From NCBI GenBank assembly GCA_020536535.1, contig JAHLWZ010000860.1, forward strand, positions 1 through 64,000: DNA of 64,000 nt, read 5' to 3'. The notes under the pieces are model-generated. The model was not told the DNA's origin, searched no databases, and saw nothing but the letters and a program-made list of their open reading frames with translations. Origin of the DNA: Pelomyxa schiedti. Lineage: Eukaryota > Protista > Evosea. Each line of letters starts with the position of its first letter. The stretch's first letter is position 1. This document shows positions 26,303 to 38,800 of this stretch, one piece after another. The translations under genes were made by a program, and so were the position numbers.

Positions 26303-26834
26303 GGCATTCAATATATAATATACCTGATTTATGTGCCTGCCCCTCAGCTCCATAACCAAGCTCGGCTTTGCAGTTCCAGACTCCGACTCTGTCCTCCCGC
26401 CAAATACATACACACAGCCTTCACTATCAAGCACTGTTCGCAAGTTAAGGCTGCGAGTCAGTGCCACCCAATCCCACCCTACCTGCGGTTCTGGAGCCAC
26501 CTGCTGCAACTGCAGTCACATCCACCTTCACCAGAGACGAAACCAACGTAGGCCCTGGTCTACTTACAATATCCCCATGCCCAAGTTGTCCATGTTGCCC
26601 ACATCTTCATTGTTCAATGGACTTACTTAGACCCCCACTCCCATAACAACAAACAACAACAACAGCAACAGCAACAGCAACAGCAACAACAACAAAAAAA
26701 AAAAAAACAACTCAACAAGAAGCGAGAAAGTCAAAGGGGACAAACCCCCAAGTGTAGACGAAGGACGGAGATGCACTGGATATTGTAGATCTCTCTTTGG
26801 CCCTTGCCCTGTGAACCGCGCACGAACTCGCCAT
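23664..26834 (-). CDS. RCC1-repeat propeller - F-box - Arf-like GTPase fusion protein
   Basis: RCC1 repeats [43 protein letters not shown] and VSCGWMHT. F-box [17 protein letters not shown]. Arf domain [44 protein letters not shown] and [16 protein letters not shown]-stop. Confidence 0.85.
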
Positions 26835-27161
26835 TCAGATTGTCGTGCGGCGTTTACAGAACGGAATTGCGATTTAAGGAAGCCGATATCAACCTGATTT
26901 GGAGATGGGGACTTTTGATTGATAAGGAAGAAGTCAGGGACAACCTCAACTTCTTCATTTTACATTTTTCCCCAAATCATCCAGGCTGTTCGTCTTCGTA
27001 TCAGAATTCCTTTTACCTGATCAAGTTCCCCAACAAGCTCAACTTGCAGAAAAAGCAGTCTTTTGCAGAAAACCTAAAAAATATCCGGTACCCTTGTTGG
27101 AGACGCAAACACACAAACCACCTACACAACCAACACCCCGCCCCCGCTTCCACAACACCAA

Positions 27162-30044
27162 ATGGGCTCGATCGTAGTCACGGACTCGCGGTACCCCGGC
27201 ACCCCTCCGCGGCCCAGGATCCTCCTCACCGAGCCGCCGGGGGGCATCACGGGCTCGCCGCTGCCGCACCTGCACCGACACGCCCGCGGGCACAGGCAGC
27301 GGCAGCCCCTGCCCGCCATCGGCGCCTCGTCGTCCTCGTCTTCGGCGGCGGGCCCCCCGCTGGCGCCCCTGCCGCGGCGCCCCGCGTCGCCGCTGCTGCG
27401 GCAGGAGCCGGCGTCGGCGTCCCCCGCCTCGCTGCCCTCCATCTCCCCGGGGCAGCCGCAGATCGTCTCGGCGAGGTCGCCCCCGTCGTCCCCCCAGCTG
27501 GCCTCCTCGTCGCCCTCGCAGTCGCCCTCCCTGTCCCCCTCGCCCTCCCCTTCGCCCTCGCCCTCCCCCACGGCGTCGCCCACCCCCTCGCCCACGCTGT
27601 CTTGCACCTCGCACATCCCGCACTCGCCCCCGCTGATGCCGGCGCTCCTGCCCCGGTCGCTGTCCCCCACGACGCAGGTGCCCTGCCGGCCGCTCTCTCC
27701 CACAATTAGCTCCTCGCTGGACCGCCACGCCATGTCGCCCACAACGGAGCGCCGCCGGCCCCTGTCGCCTTCCGCGAATTCGACCCCTTCGTCGTCAATC
27801 GCCACGCAGAGGCCTATTTCTCCAACGGAGAGGAGGCCTCTGTCACCCACTCTGGGAGCGAAATGGCCTATTTCTGGTCTATCTGGTGTTCCAATTAGAA
27901 CTTCTTCACCGGCTCTTCTTGGCGGGGGTTCTGTGGCTATTTCATGTGCTGGCGAGAAGAGTGGCGAATGTGATTGTCAGAACAATGCTAGTATATGCGA
28001 GGACGACTTTGAGTTTCGGGGTGCACTGTCTAGTTACGATCTACCGCCAGCGAATCTGCTGCGTTCTGCTTCACCGAGACAGTTGCAGAAGCAGCACGGC
28101 ATCGCCAGGTCTCCCTCTAGTCCAATAAAATCACCCGTACTGGAGAAATACCCGGTAGCTCGAAGTGGCTCTCCTGCACTGGTTTCCATATTAAAGCCTG
28201 ATACAAGTACATCCTCAGAAAGAGCAATAAAGAAAGGTAGCTCATACAATACCCTGCCTGAGATCCCATTACACTCCAATTCCCCAACCCTGGCCTCGTT
28301 GGTAGCTATTCCAAAACCTTCTTCTCCAAAGTTCTTTCTGGCAGAGGCGTCTCCTGAAACCTCCTCTGCACAGCAGAGCCCAGCTCCGCAACCATCATCC
28401 TCAAATGAAACTGCTGGTCCTAAAGCCAAGATCTTCTTTCCGTCTTCAACACTTCCAGCAGCTCAGCGCCCATCTTCAGAGTTTGTAAATGCGAAAACCA
28501 CCGCAACTGCCAATTTGGCCCGGACTTTTTGTGCAACAGAAAGCGAGGATATCGTCACAACCCTTGGGACAGTTTTGACACTCAAATGTAACGAATCTGA
28601 CCCTGTGATTTCTGGAAATGGATTTGTTGGTACCCTTCCTTGTCACTCCAATCTCTATCTTTCTTCTTCTGACACAATGTAGATACTCCTCTTCCGTGGA
28701 TGGTTTATGAATTCCTTCAACTCATGCCAAACAATATTGTTCTGGCGACTCTTACAAACAATCCAATTTTGAAACAGCAGCTGTTTACTGTCATGGAGTG
28801 TCCTCACACTGCAGGGCTTCGTGCTGTTGCCGAGTTTTGTTGTATTTTGGCATCTATTATGCCTCACCGTACAGCAACCCGTTTTTTGCTGGAAAATGAG
28901 CCTCTATTGTGTAACTGTATTATCAAGAACTGTGAATCATACAGAGTTTTTGCAGCAGTCTACTCACTTCTCACAAATACGAGATATTTTGTGGACTCGC
29001 ACAATTTTGCTTTTGTTGTATTAAAGGCTGTTCTGCATTTAGCAGTACAACTGAATAACCCCAAGAGATACCCTGAGCAGTGTCATTCTCGTAATGACAT
29101 CAGGTGCCAGGCTGGCCCCAAAAATCTACAACAATCATTAACACCCACCACACCTTCCAACGGCGCATCATCACCTCTTTCTCCCCCAACGGGCTCTCCA
29201 AGAACCCCACCCTCATTACCTTTAGCGAGCTTGCCCCCTAGCCAGCCAGCGCCACCGCCACCACCCCCACCTTCACCACTTCAACAACTTTCCCACATTA
29301 TAGCACTCCTGCATTCATGCATATTATGTTTCATGCCTTCGGAAACCCTAGGTGGTACCCCTCTGGCTGTGGTATGTCTGTTCAGCATTTTCAATTTTTC
29401 ACTTACATTCCTAGGAGCAAAATAGGCCTTCTGAGATGCTGAGCAGTGTACTAAACCTTATCTTTGAAAACAAAGTGGTGTTTTCCATTCTGTGTTCCAA
29501 GGTACAACTTCCTTGCTGCTTCCGGTACAACTAACAAAACATCCAGTGTCTAAATTGTGAATTGGCCTCCCTATTTCTTTCCCTTGTCTGCGATGTCTTT
29601 GTACTTACGCCGCCTCAACATACATTGTTCAACAGCATTTTCAACCTCATTATCGGAGAGTTGAAGACACTGTACCATTGCAAACAACTCCAAACTTCAT
29701 CAAGTGAAGTAACCATGGCATTGGCATGTCTGACATTAGCCATTACGAAGAAAGTAGATACTCTTTATCATGAGGCAATTTCCCCTTTCACAACCACTTT
29801 TCTGACTTCACAATAGGCAGCGCTTAAAAACTGTGGAGACTTGTTAGATATCTTCTTTCACTGTAAATTAGATACAACGAGCCAGCCAATAGCACTCCAA
29901 ATCGTCAAGTATGCCAGTGCTTTTACTTCCACTCCTCTGATATGTTACATTAGATGTGTATTATCTCGGCTACCCGAGCTTCAAACAAACCTATCCAAAC
30001 ACAAACCGTCATCACGAATTTTGGAGACACTATACGGGCATTAA
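27162..30044 (+). CDS. Hypothetical protein with a Ser/Pro-rich N-terminal half and a predicted alpha-helical C-terminal half
   Basis: 506-aa first exon followed by ORFs 28700-29425, 29562-29816 and 29841-30044, separated by short intron-like gaps. No family recognised. Confidence 0.6.
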
Positions 30045-30148
30045 CATACACTACACTTCATACCATACCTCAACGAGTTGTGAAATTCATAGGAAAAATT
30101 TTAAAACAATTTTTTTTTTTGTGTAAATATGCAAAGGAATTTGGGGTT

Positions 30149-31036
30149 CTACGGAGAGTCGGGTATTTTGGATATGTCCCTGATAATGTACTGAAGGTAG
30201 TCACCAAGATAGGCAAAACCTGCACTTGTGTACAATGCCAGTGCTGCTGTGTTTGTACGTGCTACCTCCAATCTTACCTGATAAGCAGTTAGAATATATA
30301 TTGTGCCGAGACTATTGCTAGAGTAGAAACAAAATAAGACAACTCAAAAGAATAACGAGATTGTTCAGTACGTAACCTGCATTCCAACGCGCTTCACACA
30401 GTCCAGTACTGTTTTTAGAAGTGCCCTGCCAATACCCTGCCTCTGCCGGCCAGGAGTGACACCAAAGTGATGCAAAAACAGCCTCCTGCCATCAGACGAC
30501 ACCCAGGCAGTGGCAATGCATTCAGAAGCAGAAGAAGACACACATGCAGGGTCTCCAACTTGCCTTGGTTCTTCTTCCACTATGAATAGGCCTCCTCCCA
30601 TTGATACACACCTATCCACAACCTGCATTCAAATTGGCAGTTGGTATGTTTGGTTGTTTCGTTTCTTGGAGGGTGGTGCCGTATACAATAGGAAAAGGAT
30701 GCAAATGAACGCACTGGTTTGTAGCTTTAAACAGATATAGTGTTTAAACAAATCCATAGACTTTTAGAGAGCTGAATGAATCATTAAATAAATAGGTTGT
30801 TGGGTCGATGATGATTATGCTTGGCGGAAATTGGTTTGCCAACCAACCGATTTGTTGTCACCCCTGGTGGGGTTTCCGAGATCGCACAGCATCCACAACG
30901 CTGAGACTGAGGAGAAATCGGCCTGGGACTTTGTGGCGTCGGATGGGTCGTAGAGCCTCACTCTGAGTCCATGGGGGAACCCGTAGTTCACGTCTCTCAG
31001 GCTAAATCGAAGCGAAGGAGGCGTCACAGAGGCCAT
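30149..31036 (-). CDS. GNAT-family N-acetyltransferase
   Basis: LFLHHFGVTPGRQRQGIGRALL (motif A), spliced to VRLEVARTNTAALALYTSAGF (motif B), stop at 30149. Confidence 0.88.
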
Positions 31037-31651
31037 CACCACTAATATGCGTAATAATTTTGGCCAGACAGTCTACAGCCAAAAGATATCTTTTACCTTT
31101 TGATTGAAACCCATAATGTCGGGTCGCCAAAATTACGCAAAGGACTTAAGACAAGGAGAATCAGCGGGTTTGGGGAGCCAGTTCCACTTTGTACAAAGCG
31201 CAACCTAATCCCCTGCCAGCGTTGGCCCAGCGACTTACATTGTGTACGTCCAGCGGTCAACAACGGGTTTTTTGTAGTTTTGGGGTAAATGTTTTGCTGG
31301 ATCCAGACACGGATCCAGACACTCCATGTTTCTTTTCCTCATGAGAATTGGTATCTGGATTTAAGAAGGGCAAGGTCATGGGTACCACGTATCAATGGAG
31401 AAGCTGAGGCTTATAAATACCAACATGCTCCAAGATGAAAAGAACCTGTGGAGTGCGTGCATTCACTATGAAAGAGTAAATATGTTCCCCTTTTAGCCTG
31501 GTAAAACGATAGTATTAGACTATCGTTTTAGCTGTTCAACTGAGAAATACAGATACAACTTCTGTGTTTGATTCAGGTTAGTGTGGATGGGACTGAAAGT
31601 GAAATGTATTCTTGCTCAGTCATCTTTATTTAGGACCAACTTGGTGCCACG

Positions 31652-32171
31652 TTAAAAGTACAGGATGGGATCCGATTCAGTGTGTCCCGGTTGCACTGAT
31701 GTGACATCATAACGAGGCCCGTCAGCTGAGTAGAGTTTGCTCCAGATCCGAATATGCAGGCACGTGTCACCAACATTAACTTTGATAAAGTAGTTGACAC
31801 CAGCAACGACCTTGCGAAAAAGTATTGCTTTGTTATAACGTCGGAAAAAGCAATGAAAAGTTACGCACCTGTGAGCGGAAGCTTATGGGCACATAGGTGT
31901 CATAGTGGGAGCCAGTTATTGCCTCGACGCGATCTTTCACAGAGAGAACGATAGCACTAACATCTTCGGTGCACTTGTAGGTTTTTCCCAGTCCACCAGC
32001 CATCATAGGCTACAACCAAAAAGTAAAAAAAAGAAAGAAAAAGAGCCCAACAACGCGTTGGTGCAACACCTCTTCATCCTCGTAGTCATCACAAGCCCAC
32101 ACAACGCCGACGCATACAACGACAACTATAACAACAACAGCCGCAACGGTTTTCCACCACTTTCCCAACAT
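31652..32171 (-). CDS. Stefin-type (type 1) cystatin with an N-terminal hydrophobic leader
   Basis: Three exons splice in frame: MLGKWWKTVAAVVVIVVVVCVGVVWACDDYEDEE|PMMAGGLG...VPISFRSQ|VVAGVNYFIKVNVG..LHIRIW..DPILYF-stop. QVVAG is intact. Missed by the ORF track. Confidence 0.88.
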
Positions 32172-32249
32172 TTTTCGGGCACAGTGATTGTTCTCATTGC
32201 TTCGCCAGGGGAAAAAAGGGGTTCATCAAAAGAGTTTGGTGTTGTGGGC

Positions 32250-32950
32250 CTACAGCCAGCTTGCGATGACGCCCTCCATTAGGAACTCCATCTTGTCGGC
32301 ATGAAGCTTGACTATTTGCTTATCTGGGCAATGGACAATGGCGTGGGCATACTTGTCCGAAATGGTGGGAGCTTCGAATAGAAGGGGTGGTTCGACTGCC
32401 TTCGAGGTCAATGCTTTCCTCGATTTGCTCCCTTTGTGCAATCTTCGTTTCAATTTACACACATAACACACTAAAGTATCTTTGCAACAGCTCAGAGTCC
32501 AATCTTTTTTTTTTTTCCCCCCAGCTCCCACTGCGCACTGGCCCGGATGGTTCAGAGTCGAATTCTTTTTTTTTTTTTCCCCCCCTTTCCCCCAACTCAA
32601 AGGCAAGTCGAAAGGGGTGTGTTACTGTTGATTTTTTTGTGGGTCACGGGTGTATGGTATGGTTGGTGACACATGGTAGTACACAGGGTGAGGACCATGA
32701 CAAAGTACTGACAGTGAAAGTCAATAAAACATAGCGCAAAAAAAAAGGGGTTGGGTTGAAGAACCTAGCTCAGTGGGACTCACTCCGGCGCGTCGACCAT
32801 CGGTGGCAACGTGTTGGTTTGGGAGTGGTATTCTCTAGCGGTGAGGGATAGCTCCACAGATAAAAGTGACCAGTCGAAGGCTCAGGACCAAATTCAAAGA
32901 GAATGTGCATCAAATGTGCAGCCACTGTGCTTGTGGTACGGCAGTAATTT
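32250..32950 (-). CDS. Unassigned multi-exon coding segment, either a separate small gene or an N-terminal extension of the cystatin
   Basis: ORF 32250-32606 plus splice-like sites upstream (GTGAGT donor near 32787). No motif recognised. Confidence 0.3.
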
Positions 32951-33045
32951 ACAATCCAGCTGTGCCGTTGTGAGGATGCCCCAATCTCTCAGAAACGAAT
33001 ACACAGTTAACACGAAGAAGAGTTAAGTTTCTTTCGAAGGTTTTT

Positions 33046-34014
33046 TTAGATCAAATCGTTGAGTTTGCTCTGTATGGTGGATAGACACTCAGATCTCTCC
33101 ATCAGTCTCCCCTGCACAACAATCGGGCCAGCCATTGCACCCTCAGCCATCGGCCCGGCCGTGTACATCGTAGTGCGCCGGGATTCAAAGTCGCGGACAA
33201 GCAGGAATGCCAATCTGATGTCTCCCCAGTTCGTGGTCCCTTCCCTGAGCCACTGCGCCGCGGCTAAAATTGCTGCGGTGCGTTGCGGTGTGTTGCGGTA
33301 CAGTTCGGCGTAGCTTGAGGCCATTTTGACGGCGGTCCCGTCTTTTAGCTTCACCAGGTGCTCGCGCCTGCCGTACGTGGCCAGGAACTGGGGCTCGGCA
33401 GTGGAGTCGACGTCCATAAGGCACCACTGCTCGAGGTATTCCCTGGTCAGCCCACAATCCTGGACCCACTGGTTGTAGATTGCCACAAAAGGGGGCGTCG
33501 CGCCCTCCTTGAGGCAGCAGCACAGGTCCACAGCGAAGCCAAAAAGCATGAGCCTCAGCGACCTTTTGTCCACCTCGAGGCCCGCCTCGGTCATCAGCTT
33601 CCACATAAGGTAAGAAGCAGATGGAGCCTCAGGGACGAAAAGCTTGATCCTCAGAACGGGGTCGTTGGGCTCGCAGCACCCTCGCCTGTGGTGGTCGACG
33701 ACTCCCACAATAGACTTTACCCTGGGCTCGTTGGTCCCGAAGCTCTCGCACGGCATCCCGTGGTCCACCAAAAACACCCTCGACCCAGCCAGATCGGCGG
33801 GACTCGCGCTCTGAGGGTACTCGTCCTCCCTGAGGCCCGATTCGCGGAGCACCTTGAGGGTCCATTGGTCGGGCCCCGAGCCGAAATAGACGCCTCGTGC
33901 GGCGACGTGGTGACACTCGGCAAGGTATTTCACCGCCAAGAATGTGCTGATGAACGAATCCACGTCGGGGCACGAATGACCCACAACCACAACGCTCTCA
34001 TCGGTTCGATCCAT
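33046..34014 (-). CDS. DHH-family phosphoesterase resembling family II Mn-dependent inorganic pyrophosphatase (PpaC) or exopolyphosphatase, intronless
   Basis: VVGHSCPDVDS, VFLVDHG, VVDHHR, APSASYL and FAVD, followed by a DHHA2-like C-terminal region. Single exon, ATG at 34014. Confidence 0.8.
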   Translation of the reverse strand: MDRTDESVVVVGHSCPDVDSFISTFLAVKYLAECHHVAARGVYFGSGPDQWTLKVLRESGLREDEYPQSASPADLAGSRVFLVDHGMPCESFGTNEPRVKSIVGVVDHHRRGCCEPNDPVLRIKLFVPEAPSASYLMWKLMTEAGLEVDKRSLRLMLFGFAVDLCCCLKEGATPPFVAIYNQWVQDCGLTREYLEQWCLMDVDSTAEPQFLATYGRREHLVKLKDGTAVKMASSYAELYRNTPQRTAAILAAAQWLREGTTNWGDIRLAFLLVRDFESRRTTMYTAGPMAEGAMAGPIVVQGRLMERSECLSTIQSKLNDLI

Positions 34015-34109
34015 TTCCGTTGATCTTTTGGGTTCTTGGAAGCGCATTACTTTGAAAAAAACTTCATTTAAAATTTTTGTTCCAGTGAGTCTATCAAGGG
34101 AGGGGATTC

Positions 34110-35796
34110 TTACTCCTCTTCCTCTTCGTCACCTTTCTCGCCCTCTCCCGGCTCCTCGTCTTCCCCAATTTCATCCTCACCTTCCTCCCCCTCGTCCAGT
34201 TCCTCTTCTTCATCTTCGTCTTCGTCTTCCTCTTCCTCTTCCTCTTCCTCTTCCTCTTCATCCTCATCCTCATCCTCATCCTCTTCCTCGCCGTCGTTGT
34301 CATCCTCAACCTCTTCCTCATCTTCGTCTTCGTCATCATCTTCATCTTCATCTTCATTTTCCTCATTGTCACTGTCATCCTCATTGCCATCATCCTGTGT
34401 GACATTAACAGAGAACAAACAGAAAGGAAGTTAGTTATACATCAGCATTGTCATCATCCTCGTCACCGGGATCTTTTTCCCCAGTGAACCACTCAACGCT
34501 ATTGGGACAAATCTCGTTGTAAATTTCAGTGCCCACTTCAAAGTCCTCAAGTACTGCCTTCTGCAGGTCCCACTCTTCCTTTTTTATTTTGAGTCTATGA
34601 TGGGTGGAAAGGGTGAAAAAAAAAAAAATAAGTACCTCGTTTGTCATGTCTTCGTCCTCGCGAAATTCGGGTGGTGTGAAGAAGCGAAAGAAAGACAGGC
34701 AGGGTCGCCACACTCTTTTTGTTCTTCGGTCCCTTTACAGATATAGGTGAGATGACGTAACTTACCAAAAAAACCTCACTTTGTTCTTACGAGTATTCTC
34801 CGACGGGTCATGTTCTTTCCTTTTGCCCAGGTGGGAGCTGTACTAATTCCAATATTAGCTCTTGGCAAACTGCACAAAGCCTTACCCATCAGAGGTGTCT
34901 AAAACATCAAAACCTTCTTCGTTTTCGTGGATGTGGTATGTTCTGCTGAGTACCGTTTCAGAGAAGAACTCATTTGGTGCAAAATGGAAGTCAAGGCGGA
35001 ATCCTGACTGAAATATCATTTATTATACCATTGATAGGCAGAAGAAGAAAGAATACCTGTACAACCGGTTTGTCTTCAAGAGTCCCGTGAACTCTAGGGA
35101 GAGGGTGGCCTCTAATGTCGATAAGGTGGATGAGGACTTGAGCATCATCTTCGTTGAGCTCAGTCTTTCGACGCAAAATGGGATTATTTGCCAGTGCATT
35201 ATACCAGAAAAGTGGGACTCCTTTCATTTCAGCACCAGGATGACCTGCCAAAAAGAGTAAGTTTTCAAAGCAAAGTCAAGGAAATAAATACCAGGGAAAT
35301 CTTCGTTAGTTGTACAAAGGGTATGGCCAGTACACTCTTCCTCTGTCGGCTCTCGGGTGCCGGAAATCAAAGCCGTTCTCTGAGAGGAATAGTTAGACTC
35401 AGGTTTGTTAGAAGCAGAAACAAACTTGGTCATACAGCTGATCTAAGTAGGGTTGATATCTTTCCATCAGTGCAGCCACTTCCTCATTGTACTGCCTACG
35501 AAGAGCAAGATGGCCTCTCTTTTTTTTATTATTTGTTATGGCATGGCAGACATCAAAGAGTAGCACAAACCCGTAAACATTGCAGGGCGTGTATTCTTCG
35601 TTGGACAAACGGGTGCAACGAAGTCAAAAATTTAGCACGATCCGAGGGAGTACGCAGTGAGATCTCATCGACCAACTTGCCGGCAGGAGTCCCTAGCGAT
35701 TTGTTTTTTAACAACGCTGTGCGTCAAAAAGGGTGATGAGCTGATACTCTTTCTGGTCGATGTCGTTTCTGCCGCAGCTGACGCCGTGTCCATCAT
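34110..35796 (-). CDS. NAP1: Nucleosome assembly protein (NAP1 family)
   Basis: SLHPFVQRRIHALQ, KGVPLFWYNAL, GFRLDFHFAPNEFFSETVLSRTY, SFFRFFTPP, EDFEVGTEIYNEICPNSVEWFTGE and a long D/E tail. Confidence 0.93.
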
Positions 35797-35871
35797 CGAG
35801 GATCAAGAAAATTAAGTACAAACGAGGGTATCGTTAATTTGATCTCGTGGCAATTGAATCACTCGTTTTTC

Positions 35872-38800
35872 CTACAAATTTTTTTTCCTCGGTTCCAAAA
35901 CTGTGTTGTTGGTGAGCTCAACACGGGGCTCGGTGTGTGGAATGCCACCAGGTGGCGGTGACGGTGTATAATTTTCGATGAAGCGGTGGATGTCCGTGAC
36001 TCCCAGAAGCTGGACTGTTTCCACGTTGAATGACTGGCCATAGCACAGCATGTGCAATTCCAGTGCGGTGACCTGACGTCCCAGAACGTCTGTTTTTGCA
36101 CCTCCTTCGATCAATTTCCATATGCTTGTAGGCCGTGAATCCCTTTGAACGGCGAGGTGCAGTGCCGTGAAGCCATTTTCATTGTGCAGGTTCACAAAAT
36201 CAACGTCGCCGCCTATACAACGAAGAACGTGCCCCACATGTTCGGGGCTGCAGAAAAGCGCCGCGAGGTGAAGCAATGTATTGCCGCAGGCGCCGGGTTG
36301 CCTGATCGCGGCTGCTCCCGACTTGAGGGCTGCGGTAAGCAGCCTGATGAAGTTCTGCGTGGAGCCCCACACGATGTTGTAGTGCAACACTCGTGTACCG
36401 GAATTGTTGTCGGCTTGGCATTGGGCACCTTTCTCGCGCAGGTAGCAAACAACATCATAATGTCCGGAGATAAGAGCTTGGTCGAGGGGAGTGTTCCCGA
36501 GAGCGTTATTTTTGTTGATGTTCTTTCCGAGGATGCCCATTTCGTTCATTTTGGCACAAATGAATCTGACGAGAAGAAGATTCCCACTGTGACAAGCTGC
36601 ATGCAATATAGTGCCAAAAAAACTTTCTTCTTCGAGGTTCCAGCCTGCACGGGGAAGAAGCCACTCAACCATCGCCAGATTGCCCTTGCGCGCACTCCGA
36701 AGTAGCGGTGTTGATCCATCTGGCGAGGAGGGCATCAGTGAGAAACAACCACACAAAAGAAGAGAGAGAAGTGCTTGTGGTGGGCTTGTGGTTGCTGTTG
36801 TGCTTGTAGCAGAACGCACACCTTTTGCAGTTTGTGATACCGTGAGCCCCTGCGGGCTCTGGGTGAGCCACTTCACTGCTTCGATGTTTTCACTGTCCGC
36901 AACATAAAAAAGAGCCGAATTTCCCATTGCATCAGTTTCTGCAACTTGTGCGCCCTGCTCCACGAGCCACTTCATGGCGTCCAAGTTTCCACCCATTGCA
37001 GCGTACATCAGAGTCGTGAGTCCATCTTTGTGAGTGATTATTTTAGTTGTGTTTCCAAACAAGAAGGTAGCGTGGCAGACATACAGGGTTTTGATTTTCC
37101 AAGAACAGGCACTCCACTTGTTTTCATCTTGTTCAAGAGTTCAACTTTGCCACAGCCAGCTGCGAGCATGATGCAGTTGCACCCATCTCTGTTGGTATCT
37201 GTCATGGGTGCATGCATTTCATCCAACAACCACTGAACAATATCCATGTGGCGGGAGGACAAAGCAGTCAACAGAACCGTGTTATATTTGTCGTCCCTTT
37301 CTGAGACTATGGCGCCATTAGTCAGCAGCCATGATAGAGAAGATAGGTTCCCAGTAAATGCAGCAACCAGAATTGGTGCGGCTCCGTCTCCTGTCAAACG
37401 TTGAATTGGGGCAAAAAGAAAACACGGTGTTACCTTTTGTGCGAGCAGTGAGGGGCACCTTTTGGCTCTTCAACCATTCAAGAACATGGGCATGTCCCCC
37501 TCCCGCTGCCTGATGTGCTGCATTCTCTCCCAGACTGTTGGTTTGTGTGATTTCGGCTCCTTTCTCGGCTAAATACTTCATCACATTCAAGTGGCCCCTT
37601 TGCGAAGCATAAAGAAATGCAGTGTTCCCGATGTCATTACTTTGGTTGATGTATTCCCACAGAGGACGCGAAAGTTTGGAAATGACCCACTTGATCATTG
37701 TCAGATTTCCACACCGAGCTGCCAGTAAAAATGGTGTGTTTCCATCTACAAAAATGGATTATTTCAACGGTTTCACACCAGAACAAAACAAAAACTGTTG
37801 TGTGGCATACTTCGTTTGCATGACACATCAAGTGATGCTCCCCGTGAGTGGAGAAGCTTCATGGTTGGGAGATCACCGATATCAACAGCCAGAAGAAAAG
37901 CTGTTTGGGACAAATTGTCTTTTTCATCAACACACACGCCATGTTTCAAAAAATATTCCACAGCATCAGCAGAAGATGATTTTGCTGCCTCTGCACGTCG
38001 ATCCAGCAGCCAAAGCATCAGTGCAGTTTTTCCATCTGACAAATTGTGAAAATAAACGAATGTGACTCAGTTGTAGAGGCGTTACGTACCACTGGCTTTG
38101 GTTGTCATCGACGCTCCTTTGCTGTGAAGGTACTCAATCACAGCCAATTGTCTCCCAATGGCAGCATGCAGCAATGCGGTTCGGTCAAAGGAATCTTTTT
38201 CTTCAATGTTGCAGGATTTCTCTTCCACCAACCACATCACAACGTTCAGTTGCCCTTTCCACGCTGCACACATCAAAGCTGTGACATTGAGGTTGTCTCT
38301 CTCTTCCAGTGTCGATCCATGCAAAAGAAGCCACGTGATCATTTCAAGCTGTCCAGCAGCACAAGCGAGAAGGAGTGCTGTTTTTCCATCTGTGAAATAT
38401 GGGGATTAAGTGCGCCAAGTTAAGTGAACAATGGGTGAGTACCATGAGCCCGGACTGAAAGTGAAGCTCCCCTCTTGACAAGTAACTCCACAGTGGTCTG
38501 GTGCCCACCACACACTGCATGCGAGATGGCAGTTGCTCCGAAGTTGTCAACATCATCCACAGAATAGCCATTGTCCAGTAAAAGCCATACGGCCTCGGTG
38601 TGTCTATTCTTGGCAGCCAGCATCAATGCTGTGCAACCGTCCCTGTCCGTTGGTCGTCGTCCCGGGGAACAGCGTATTAGGCTGGCAAGCTCTGTGAGTT
38701 CACCAGCCTCTGCTGCCTTGAGGATGGCATGATTGGGTTCAAGATCCGTCAAGAGACTTGAGGATACGTGCCGAATAATTGTGCGCACAAATTCCATTGA

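Noticed and set aside
31308-31332. Short direct repeat GGATCCAGACAC x2
   Set aside because: Only two copies with no associated structure, so probably a slippage duplication.
32766-32800. TAGCTCAGTGG, resembling a tRNA A-box
   Set aside because: No downstream GTTCRA B-box and no cloverleaf. It coincides with a probable minus-strand splice donor (GTGAGT).
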